A stretch of 31,267 bases of DNA from Halorussus marinus (lineage in GTDB: Archaea > Halobacteriota > Halobacteria > Halobacteriales > Haladaptataceae). The number at the start of each line of letters is the position of its first letter. Positions within the stretch are counted from its first letter, which is position 1. The stretch covers positions 186,001 to 217,267 of the forward strand of contig NZ_SBIV01000007.1 of the NCBI RefSeq assembly GCF_004765795.1, given 5' to 3'. The notes under the pieces were generated by a model. The model worked only from the letters and a program-made list of their open reading frames with translations. It was not told the origin of the DNA and did not search any database. The position numbers were made by a program, and so were the translations under genes. Below are positions 8,250 through 16,204 of the stretch, piece after piece.

Positions 8250-11033
8250 ATGACTGATACACTTCCGTTCGATGCCGTCCGCGAGCTCGACGTCGACGGG
8301 ACGACGTACAAGATGGCCGATCTTCGAGCACTCGAAGAGCAGGGGCTCTGTGACCTCGACACGCTCCCTGTGAGCATCCGTATTCTGCTTGAGTCGGTGC
8401 TCCGGAACGCCGACGGCGAAACTGTTACTGCAGCGGATGTCAAGAATGCTGCTGGCTGGAAGCCAGACGTACCGGACGCAGAGGTTCCGTTCTCTCCATC
8501 ACGAGTCGTCCTACAGGATCTCACTGGCGTGCCCGCAGTTGTCGACCTGGCGGCCCTTCGATCCGAAGTCGACCGCAAAGATCGGGACCCGACCCTGGTC
8601 GAACCAGAGATCCCTATTGATCTCGTAATCGACCACAGCGTCCAAGTCGACTACTTCGACTCCGAGGACGCCTACGAGAAGAACGTCGAACTGGAGTACG
8701 AGCGCAACGCCGAACGGTATCGCGCGATCAAGTGGGCGCAGAACGCCTTCGAGAACTTCAACGTCGTCCCGCCGGGGACCGGCATCGTCCACCAGGTGAA
8801 TCTCGAGCATCTGGGCCGGGTCATCCACGCCCGCGAGCGAGACGGTGAGAAATGGCTCCTGCCGGACACACTCGTCGGCACGGACAGCCACACCCCAATG
8901 ATCGGTGGCATCGGTGTGGTCGGCTGGGGCGTCGGCGGCATTGAAGCGGAAGCGGCAATGCTCGGTCAGCCGGTCACGATGAAACTTCCCGAGGTCGTCG
9001 GCGTCCGCCTCGAAGGCGAATTACCCGAGGGCGCGACGGCGACGGATCTCGTGCTCCACATCACCGAACGGCTCCGCGAGGTCGGCGTCGTCGACCGGTT
9101 CGTCGAATTCTTCGGTCCTGGTGTGGAGAATCTCACAGTCCCCGACCGGGCCACGATCGCCAATATGGCGCCCGAACAGGGCTCGACGATCAGTATGTTC
9201 CCGGTCGACGAGCAGACGCTCGAGTATCTCGAACTCACCGGGCGTGACCCCGCCCACATCGACCTTGTTCGCGAGTACCTCGAAGCGCAAGGGCTATTCG
9301 GAGAACAGGAACCGGAATACACCGAGGTGGTCGAGTTCGATCTTTCGACTGTTGAGCCGAGTCTCGCCGGACACAAGCGGCCACAGGACCGGATTCCGAT
9401 GGGGGACGTGAAACAGAGCTTCCGGGGACTTCTCCACGGGGAGTTCGAAGACGACCTCGATGATGTCGACGAAGACGCCCTACAGCGGTGGCTCGGCGAA
9501 GGTGATGCAGCTGGTGCGGAGACCGACGGCGGTGTTCAGGTCGAACCCGAATCGGAACTGCACCCGTTAACCAAACGCGTTGAGGTCGACCTCGACGGTG
9601 AGACAGTGGAAATTGGACACGGAGACGTCCTCGTCAGCGCCATCACGAGCTGTACGAACACTTCGAACCCGTCGGTGATGATCGCTGCTGGTCTGCTTGC
9701 CCAGAACGCCGTCGAGAAAGGTTTAGATGTCCCGCCGTACGTCAAGACGAGTCTCGCACCCGGCAGTCGCGTCGTCACGCAGTACCTCGAGGAATCGGGC
9801 CTGCTTCCGTATCTCGAAGAGCTCGGGTACGCGGTCGTCGGCTACGGCTGTACCACTTGTATCGGGAACGCCGGACCACTTCCCGATCCCATCGAGCAAG
9901 CGATCGACGACCACGACCTCTGGACGACGAGCGTCCTCTCCGGAAATCGGAACTTCGAGGCGCGTATTCACCCGAAGATCCGCGCGAACTACCTCGCGAG
10001 CCCGCCGCTCGTCGTCGCCTACGGCCTCGCAGGGCGGATGGACGTCGACCTCGAGAACGAGCCGCTAGGCACCGACGAGGAGGGGGGATCGGTGTATCTG
10101 GCGGACATCTGGCCCGACGCAGCGGACGTGCAGGCAGCAATCCACGAGAACGTCTCTCCTGAGATGTTCGAGGAGAAGTATGCCTCTGTGTTCGAGGGTG
10201 ACGAGCGGTGGGCTGCTCTCGACGCGCCCACAGGTGACGTCTACGAGTGGGACGACGACTCGACATACATCCGAGAGCCGCCGTTCTTCCAGGACTTCCC
10301 CCTCGAAAAACCCGGCGTCGCCGATATTGAGGATGCACGCTGCCTGCTGACACTCGGCGATACCGTTACGACCGACCACATCAGCCCTGCTGGCCCCTTC
10401 GGATCTGACCTCCCTGCCGGCCAGTGGTTGCTCGATAACGGCGTTGAGCCGCACGAGTTCAACACCTACGGCGCGCGCCGGGGCAACCACGAGGTGATGA
10501 TGCGGGGAACGTTCGCCAATGTCCGCATCGAGAACGAGATGCTCGACGATGTCGAGGGTGGCTATACGATCCACCACCCAACCGACGAGCAGACGACCGT
10601 GTTCGAAGCCAGCCAGCGCTACCGCGAGGAGGGAGTCCCGCTCGTCGTGATGGCAGGCGAAGAGTTCGGTACCGGCTCCAGCCGGGACTGGGCGGCGAAA
10701 GGAACGGACCTACTCGGTGTTCGCGCAACCATCGCCGAGAGTTACGAGCGCATCTACCGCGACAACCTCGTCGGCATGGGTGTGCTCCCCCTGCAGTTCG
10801 ATGATGGCGACTCGTGGGAATCTCTCGGTCTGGATGGGTCTGAGATCTTCACGATCCACGGCCTCGATGACGGGCTCGATGTGATGGACGAACTGACCGT
10901 TATCGCCGAGCGCGCGGACGGGTCGACTGTCGAGTTCCCGGTCACAGCACAGGTCGGCACGCCGGCCGCCGTGACCTATATCGAACACGGCGGCATCCTC
11001 CACTACGTCCTTAGACGGCTCCTCATGCGATAA
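8250..11033 (+). CDS. acnA: Aconitate hydratase A
   Basis: LQDLTGVPAVVDLA, DHSVQVD, GTDSHT, AITSCTNTSNP and GYGCTTCIGN (the three Fe-S Cys), SGNRNFEAR, GSSRDWAAKG. Start at MTDTLPF (8250). Confidence 0.97.
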   Translation: MTDTLPFDAVRELDVDGTTYKMADLRALEEQGLCDLDTLPVSIRILLESVLRNADGETVTAADVKNAAGWKPDVPDAEVPFSPSRVVLQDLTGVPAVVDLAALRSEVDRKDRDPTLVEPEIPIDLVIDHSVQVDYFDSEDAYEKNVELEYERNAERYRAIKWAQNAFENFNVVPPGTGIVHQVNLEHLGRVIHARERDGEKWLLPDTLVGTDSHTPMIGGIGVVGWGVGGIEAEAAMLGQPVTMKLPEVVGVRLEGELPEGATATDLVLHITERLREVGVVDRFVEFFGPGVENLTVPDRATIANMAPEQGSTISMFPVDEQTLEYLELTGRDPAHIDLVREYLEAQGLFGEQEPEYTEVVEFDLSTVEPSLAGHKRPQDRIPMGDVKQSFRGLLHGEFEDDLDDVDEDALQRWLGEGDAAGAETDGGVQVEPESELHPLTKRVEVDLDGETVEIGHGDVLVSAITSCTNTSNPSVMIAAGLLAQNAVEKGLDVPPYVKTSLAPGSRVVTQYLEESGLLPYLEELGYAVVGYGCTTCIGNAGPLPDPIEQAIDDHDLWTTSVLSGNRNFEARIHPKIRANYLASPPLVVAYGLAGRMDVDLENEPLGTDEEGGSVYLADIWPDAADVQAAIHENVSPEMFEEKYASVFEGDERWAALDAPTGDVYEWDDDSTYIREPPFFQDFPLEKPGVADIEDARCLLTLGDTVTTDHISPAGPFGSDLPAGQWLLDNGVEPHEFNTYGARRGNHEVMMRGTFANVRIENEMLDDVEGGYTIHHPTDEQTTVFEASQRYREEGVPLVVMAGEEFGTGSSRDWAAKGTDLLGVRATIAESYERIYRDNLVGMGVLPLQFDDGDSWESLGLDGSEIFTIHGLDDGLDVMDELTVIAERADGSTVEFPVTAQVGTPAAVTYIEHGGILHYVLRRLLMR

Positions 11034-11101
11034 TCTCTCTCAACTGACTCTATTTCTGGAAGCACAAGCAACACGAAAAACTTTGAGTCCAAATTAGCGT
11101 T

Positions 11102-11602
11102 TCAATCGTGCGTAGACTCTGTTCGGATGATGCCCGCTACGTTATCCATCTGAGCTGAAACGTGTGCGCTCTCACCAGCAACATGCGTAATTAAATCGTC
11201 CAGAGTGATCATCCCGATAACGCTCCCGTCTTCAACAACCGGGACGTGTCGAGCACCCGCTTCGTTCATTTGTCTCAGGACTTTTGGAATCTCAGCATCT
11301 GCTGGCACAGTAAGTGGGTCACGCGTCATCACGTCAGCAGCTCGTACGTCGTCTCCACTCGTCTCGGCTGTGAGCACACTTAACTCGCTTTCCTCGGTGA
11401 GCAGGTTAGCAATCAGGTCTCGATCGGTGATGATACCAGAGATCTGATCGGATTCTTCGACGACCACGTACCTGGCACACCGCGATTGGGAGATCATCGT
11501 GTGAGCGATCTCGGCAACCGTGGCGTCAGGCGTGACACGGGCGACCGACTCATCAGCAATACGACCAATATCCATCCGGAGGTCAGTTGGTCTGGTACCC
11601 AT
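11102..11602 (-). CDS. CBS-domain pair protein
   Basis: GIITDRDL, DVMTRDPLTV, RHVPVVEDGSVIGMITLDDL; start may instead be 11575. Confidence 0.88.
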   Translation of the reverse strand: MGTRPTDLRMDIGRIADESVARVTPDATVAEIAHTMISQSRCARYVVVEESDQISGIITDRDLIANLLTEESELSVLTAETSGDDVRAADVMTRDPLTVPADAEIPKVLRQMNEAGARHVPVVEDGSVIGMITLDDLITHVAGESAHVSAQMDNVAGIIRTESTHD

Positions 11603-11820
11603 GCTAATCAGTACGATTCATAACAGGAAATAGCTTAGCATCAGCTGGTCGTCATAGAAATCCCCGGCTCTGTTGAAATCCTCAGTATTTGATAGTTTTG
11701 TACCCTCAATCGATCAGTACAGGTAATGCAGGTATCGATCCAGATGTGAGAGCGATCGAGACCCAAATACGGGTTTGAGCGTTCCTCACGACATTATGAA
11801 CTGGAAACCTCTTTCCCCAC

Positions 11821-12408
11821 GTGAACCGACGGACGTACCTTGCATCTGTATGTGCTGCTGGCGTCGCCGCAACAGCAGGATGTAGTACAATTTCGGGTAG
11901 CAAAACACTCTCTGAACCGACTGTAAATACGGAATCTAGCGGGAGGAAGGCTCTCATTTTCACAGAGAACGACGAGGAGGTCGGTCACTTAAGTGTCGAT
12001 GGAAGCGTGACATCCGGACGTATCGATCTATCGACCGAGATATGGCACCGGGGCGGGACGAACGTGGAATCGATCAAACTGAGAGTTTGGATGCCCGAAA
12101 CAGCAATGGAATCCCCCGCAGAGGTCGCCGTCGTCTCGCCAGTGGAAGGGGATAGCTCTCCACCACCATCGGTAGCACTCTATACGCCTGATCAAGCGCT
12201 CGGAACGATCATCGAGATCACCGATTTAGACGACCTCGCAGACGAAACCATCAGCACACTCAATCTCATCGTAATTCCGGGGTCAGAAACGGCTACACGC
12301 CTCAATATCCACACAACCATCGAACTCTCGGGTGGCGGCACTCTCAGTAGTGACTACACGCTGGATGGCGAACTCCAGTTAGTGTATCCACATCTCAGTG
12401 ATAAGTGA
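11821..12408 (+). CDS. Tat-exported lipoprotein of unknown function
   Basis: MNRRTYLASVCAAGVAATAGC has a twin-arginine motif plus lipobox (GTG start); the mature part is acidic and beta-rich. Confidence 0.85.
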   Translation: MNRRTYLASVCAAGVAATAGCSTISGSKTLSEPTVNTESSGRKALIFTENDEEVGHLSVDGSVTSGRIDLSTEIWHRGGTNVESIKLRVWMPETAMESPAEVAVVSPVEGDSSPPPSVALYTPDQALGTIIEITDLDDLADETISTLNLIVIPGSETATRLNIHTTIELSGGGTLSSDYTLDGELQLVYPHLSDK

Positions 12409-12596
12409 CGGACCGGCCCTCCACTGATCGAGAATCAGTTACCACCACTCGGATTGCAGACGCGGTCTTACCGCTGACTCGGTCGTTCAGATCTACAATC
12501 ATCACCCGCAAATCGTTCAGGATAGGTAGTATACATAGGTGTATAGCCGGTTGAGTATCCGAATCACTATGACACTCCAACCGGGATAGCACCCAC

Positions 12597-12995
12597 ATGA
12601 AGCGGCGTGCCCTTCTCTTACTCGGTGTGACTTCGCTGTTCGGCGGCTGTCTCGAAATTGGCGAGAACCGGCCACAACCACAGCTCGCATGGATTTGGTT
12701 ACAGAACGACCGTGAGGAAGAGTACGAAGTTGACGTGGTCGTCGAAGAGGACGGTAAGTCGGTGTTTTCCGAAACGTACCAGTTGGGAGCGACGTCGGAT
12801 ACTGCAAACATCAACGTGGAGGACCCTGTCGATGAGCCAGGTCACTACGTCGTCCGGACCATGATGGATGGCGAAACCCGTGAGGTCGATATAGCCGAGT
12901 TCGTTGACGGCGACGAGAACTGCGTCGGAGTTCGATTCTCGTTACTCAACAATGGAAGTGTAGAGTACTGGCCGAAATCCATGCAGCAATGTTAG
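12597..12995 (+). CDS. Tat-type lipoprotein of unknown function
   Basis: MKRRALLLLGVTSLFGGC signal and lipobox; two C-terminal Cys suggest a possible disulfide. Confidence 0.82.
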   Translation: MKRRALLLLGVTSLFGGCLEIGENRPQPQLAWIWLQNDREEEYEVDVVVEEDGKSVFSETYQLGATSDTANINVEDPVDEPGHYVVRTMMDGETREVDIAEFVDGDENCVGVRFSLLNNGSVEYWPKSMQQC

Positions 12996-13192
12996 GTTTG
13001 CACTTTTCAGCGACCAGCTGTTTCGGACGAGTATGAGTCTGAAGAGAAGGATTTAAACAGAGCCAAACCCTCGACTCTTCAACCCTGAGAGACGATAATC
13101 TCCAAACTTTGTGAAGTTACAAAAGGTGTTACCAGCTACGCCACTATCCAAGAGCGATGGTTATTATGAGTTAGTTTCTCCGGGGAAAGAGG

Positions 13193-13451
13193 ATGTACGA
13201 CAAGATTTTGCTCTCAACTGACGGGGCGTTGCTTTTGAGGAGGCTGAATCTCACGCAATCGCGGTAGCAGAGGCCAGCCGACTGGCAGAGGTGATTGTAC
13301 AGTATGCTGACGCCGAAGATATGGATCTACTTGTGCTCGGACGAAACACCGACCGGAAGAATACCGGGCTTTGCTTAGAAGCGTAACCGACCGCGTCCTG
13401 CGATTGACGACCCGCCCAGCAACCGTCGTGAAGACGGAAGTCGACGAGTAG
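13193..13451 (+). pseudogene. Universal stress protein pseudogene (frameshifts plus internal deletion)
   Basis: Consecutive frames read MYDKILLSTDG / VAFEEAESHAIAVAEASRLAEVIVQYADAEDMDLLVLG / EYRALLRSVTDRVLRLTTRPATVVKTEVDE*. The usual central part of the domain is missing. Confidence 0.85.
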
Positions 13452-13462
13452 CGGAAGAACAG

Positions 13463-13861
13463 TCAGTAACGGCCGCCGTCAGGCGTGAGTCGAGCACGCC
13501 GGCGTTCGAACTCCTCGTCGTCGATTTCGCCACGAGCGTACCGTTCCTGGAGGACAGCGAGTGCGCTATCCTCGGTGGGGCCGTCCGATGACGACCGCGT
13601 TGTCAGCCAGTAGACGATGTAGACGGGGAGGGCGATTAGAAGTGCCATCCACAGCAAACCGATCAACATTATCCCCCAGCTCCATATTCCCCACCCGGCC
13701 ATGTGACCATCATTCCACATCCCGTCATGCCAGTCCCACATAACTGTATCTGGAACAGCAGCATGCGTCAGGGTCATTCCAATGATGACGGCTAGCGTCA
13801 GTGCTCCGATGACGATGAGTCCCAGAGAACGAATCCCGCGTGATTGAATTGGATTTTGCAT
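13463..13861 (-). CDS. SHOCT-domain membrane protein with Met/His/Trp-rich loop
   Basis: C-terminal ALAVLQERYARGEIDDEEFERRR (SHOCT); two TM segments around MWDWHDGMWNDGHMAGWG. Confidence 0.85.
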   Translation of the reverse strand: MQNPIQSRGIRSLGLIVIGALTLAVIIGMTLTHAAVPDTVMWDWHDGMWNDGHMAGWGIWSWGIMLIGLLWMALLIALPVYIVYWLTTRSSSDGPTEDSALAVLQERYARGEIDDEEFERRRARLTPDGGRY

Positions 13862-13891
13862 TATTGTACTCCTGAAGAGAGTTCGGCGTGG

Positions 13892-14452
13892 TTAGCCGAG
13901 GATGTATTCGAGGGCGGGGTAGCGCTCGACGAGCGCTTCTCCACCGATCTCGTACTGTTCGATGTACTGGTCGAGCCCGAGGATGCGGCCCGCGGCGAAC
14001 GCGGCGACCGCGAGGAACACGAGCATGTACGCGAAGTCCCCGTTGATGAACCCGTGGCCCATGTCCCAGTTGCCGAAGTAGAACATGAGCATCATGAGCG
14101 CGCCGAAGAACGCCGCGAGGCGGACGAACGCGCCGACGAGCAGGCCCAGTCCGATGAACAGCTCGCCCCACGGGACAGCGACGTTGGCGAATTCGACGAA
14201 CCACGGCGTCGAGCCCATCCACGCGAACAGGCCCGCGAGCGGGTTCCCGTTGGTCGCCGCGACGTTCGACAGGTAGCCGCCAGCGCCGAACTCGCCGGTG
14301 ATCTTCGTGAACCCAGAGTACGCGAACGCGTACCCCATCATGAGACGGAGCGCGAGCACGAACCACGCACTGAGACTGTGAACTTTCCCGCCGACGGTCA
14401 GGCCGCCGACTCTGCTCTCGAGCTGGTTCATGCCGGAGTCAAGTGTGGACAT
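13892..14452 (-). CDS. DoxX/DoxD-like membrane protein (copy 2)
   Basis: LRLMMGYAFAYSGFTKI and NVAVPWGELFIGLGLLVGAFVRLAAFFGALMMLMFYFGN; a clear paralog of 1253-1786. Confidence 0.88.
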   Translation of the reverse strand: MSTLDSGMNQLESRVGGLTVGGKVHSLSAWFVLALRLMMGYAFAYSGFTKITGEFGAGGYLSNVAATNGNPLAGLFAWMGSTPWFVEFANVAVPWGELFIGLGLLVGAFVRLAAFFGALMMLMFYFGNWDMGHGFINGDFAYMLVFLAVAAFAAGRILGLDQYIEQYEIGGEALVERYPALEYILG

Positions 14453-14504
14453 AGTTATTGCACCTTCAACTATCAGTACGGAGGCAGAGACGATATAGTA
14501 GCGA

Positions 14505-14531
14505 GCCGGCGTTCTGAGTCAGAAAATCGGC
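14505..14531. promoter_or_regulatory. Palindromic candidate operator between divergent doxX2 and wHTH regulator
   Basis: GCCG-gcg-TTCTGAGTCAGAA-aat-CGGC is a symmetric dyad centred at 14518. Confidence 0.5.
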
Positions 14532-14566
14532 GGGCTATATTACGCTCCTGTCGCGAGTAGAGACGT

Positions 14567-14917
14567 GTGACCGAGGAGTCCGACCCGTCGGAAATCTTCG
14601 CTACACTCAACGACGAGTACGCTCGCGACATCCTCGTGGCGACGAAGACCGACCGACTGTCTGCGAAGGAACTCAGCGAGGAATGTGACATGTCACGCCC
14701 GACCGTCTCACGCCGTGTCACCCGCCTCGTCGAGCAGGGCCTCCTCGAGGAGTATACGCACGTCGACCCCGGGGGACGACACTACAGCGAGTATGAGGCG
14801 CGCCTCGAACGCATCGAAATCCTCCTGCAGGCGGAGGGCTTCGACGTCAACATCGACATCCGGCCTGACCCCGCCGACCGGATTACGACCATCTTCGAGG
14901 AAATGCGGGGAGACTGA
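14567..14917 (+). CDS. ArsR-like winged-helix transcriptional regulator
   Basis: IFATLNDEYARDIL...LSAKELSEECDMSRPTVSRRVTRLVEQGLL; GTG start. Confidence 0.88.
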   Translation: MTEESDPSEIFATLNDEYARDILVATKTDRLSAKELSEECDMSRPTVSRRVTRLVEQGLLEEYTHVDPGGRHYSEYEARLERIEILLQAEGFDVNIDIRPDPADRITTIFEEMRGD

Positions 14918-14920
14918 ATC

Positions 14921-15196
14921 ATGGACCACACGCTATTCGTCATCGGCAAACTGTTCACGACCGCGTTAGCACTGGTCATCGCATATCAGGCCTATCGCGG
15001 GTACCAACGACATCACACGCAGTTACTCCTGTACGTCGCCGCCGGCTTCGCATTGGTCGGGCTTGGCGGCCTCCTTGAAGGCGTCCTCTTCGAACTCCTC
15101 CAGGTGTCGATCTTCGAAGCAGGATTCGTCGCAGCACTCGTCACCGCAGCCGGGATGCTGTCTATCCTCTACGCCCTGTATGCCCCGAATCCATAA
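14921..15196 (+). CDS. Small three-TM membrane protein (DUF7521-like), partner of the wHTH regulator
   Basis: 91 aa, hydrophobic, IAYQAYRGYQRH...GMLSILYALY; starts 3 nt after the regulator stop. Family name is from recall. Confidence 0.8.
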   Translation: MDHTLFVIGKLFTTALALVIAYQAYRGYQRHHTQLLLYVAAGFALVGLGGLLEGVLFELLQVSIFEAGFVAALVTAAGMLSILYALYAPNP

Positions 15197-15333
15197 GGAT
15201 TCAGGACGCCCATTCGACAAGCGGCCTCTGCGCGTCGTGCCCGGTTCGAAGCCGCTACTGTTCGGACTCCCCTCGTTCTCGATAGTGTAGCGTCGTAGTG
15301 GGAGTTATATCCATATCGGTCGTACCATATCGT

Positions 15334-15729
15334 ATGATTCGAACACTCGTCGGTGTCCTCGGCGCTATCTCAGCGCTGTTCCCGGACGAAATCGTCGAGC
15401 TCTTCGAGAAACTCGCCATTTCGAATCCAGACGAGGGAACAGTGAGAGGGTGGATACGTCCAGCAGTCCGGTCGGAGGGTGTTCTGATAGCTGCGCTTTC
15501 ACTCTTTAACGGGCGAGCATACGCATTGCTGATGAATCTTACCGGCGTGTTCGGTGCGATAGTCCTCTTATTTCCCGACCTGTATCAGAGATTTGCCACC
15601 GCGTTCCTGTACGAGCGTCCAGAGTCGATAGAATGGAACGAGCGATTCCGCTTGGGCATTCGGGCTATCGGCGCACTCTATGTCTTTTTAGCGGCGAAGA
15701 CGTACAGAGAGCGTCACAACGATACTTGA
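15334..15729 (+). CDS. Hypothetical membrane protein with internal duplication
   Basis: Two similar halves (GAISALFPDEIVELFEKLA...PAVRSEG and GAIVLLFPDLYQRFATAFL...LGIRAIG); TTATAT lies ~25 nt upstream of ATG 15334. Confidence 0.7.
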   Translation: MIRTLVGVLGAISALFPDEIVELFEKLAISNPDEGTVRGWIRPAVRSEGVLIAALSLFNGRAYALLMNLTGVFGAIVLLFPDLYQRFATAFLYERPESIEWNERFRLGIRAIGALYVFLAAKTYRERHNDT

Positions 15730-15790
15730 GCCACCTCGCTATTGACACCTGGCGCATCCGATGTCTAGTTCGTTACGGCCGCAGGTATCA

Positions 15791-15835
15791 CTTTGAATCT
15801 AAAGTTTGAGCCCCACGATATCAGTATGATCGAAG
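15791..15835. promoter_or_regulatory. Putative CopR operator upstream of copZ2-copB (CTTTGA-N33-TCGAAG)
   Basis: Third copy of the 45-bp dyad; 40 nt before the copZ2 ATG. Confidence 0.65.
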
Positions 15836-15875
15836 GGGAAATCCGCTAAAGAGAGGAGGCCGTGTGTATCCCTGT

Positions 15876-16073
15876 ATGACGACGACGATCATCGTGGAAG
15901 GCATGACGTGCGGTCACTGTGAGCAGACGGTCGAAGAGGCCCTCGAAGAGGTATCCGGCGTGACTGACGTGACCGTCGACAGGGAGAGCGAACAGGCGAG
16001 CGTCGATGGTGAGGCAAATGTCACAGCTCTCGTGGAGGCCGTCGAAGACGCCGGGTACACCGCTTACGCCTGA
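15876..16073 (+). CDS. copZ: Copper chaperone, single HMA domain (copy 2)
   Basis: [20 protein letters not shown]...VEDAGY; highly similar to copy 1. Confidence 0.93.
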   Translation: MTTTIIVEGMTCGHCEQTVEEALEEVSGVTDVTVDRESEQASVDGEANVTALVEAVEDAGYTAYA

Positions 16074-16204
16074 GAATCGCGCGGACCACTCCGAGACAAC
16101 GGCCAACCGTTGTCTTTGAAGCTTCGCTACGCTGGTCCTGCTGTACAGTTCAGTGGGGAAGATTCAGGGGGCCAGCGGATCCACCTCTACAGAGAATATG
16201 GGCT

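Larger units (their letters stand above)
11666..13064. mobile_element. Transposase-less element with IS5 (ISH1/ISH9-like) terminal inverted repeats and two cargo lipoprotein genes
   Basis: Left GGCTCTGTTGAAATCCT (11666-11682) and right AGGATTTAAACAGAGCC (13048-13064) form a 17-bp inverted repeat with one mismatch. Flanks AAATCCCC and AAACCCTC match at 6/8, a possible eroded target duplication. Confidence 0.7.

Noticed and set aside
16114..16170. Fourth CopR-type dyad directly upstream of copB
   Set aside because: CTTTGA at 16114-16119 is present, but the position 33 nt downstream reads GTGGGG, not TCnAAG.
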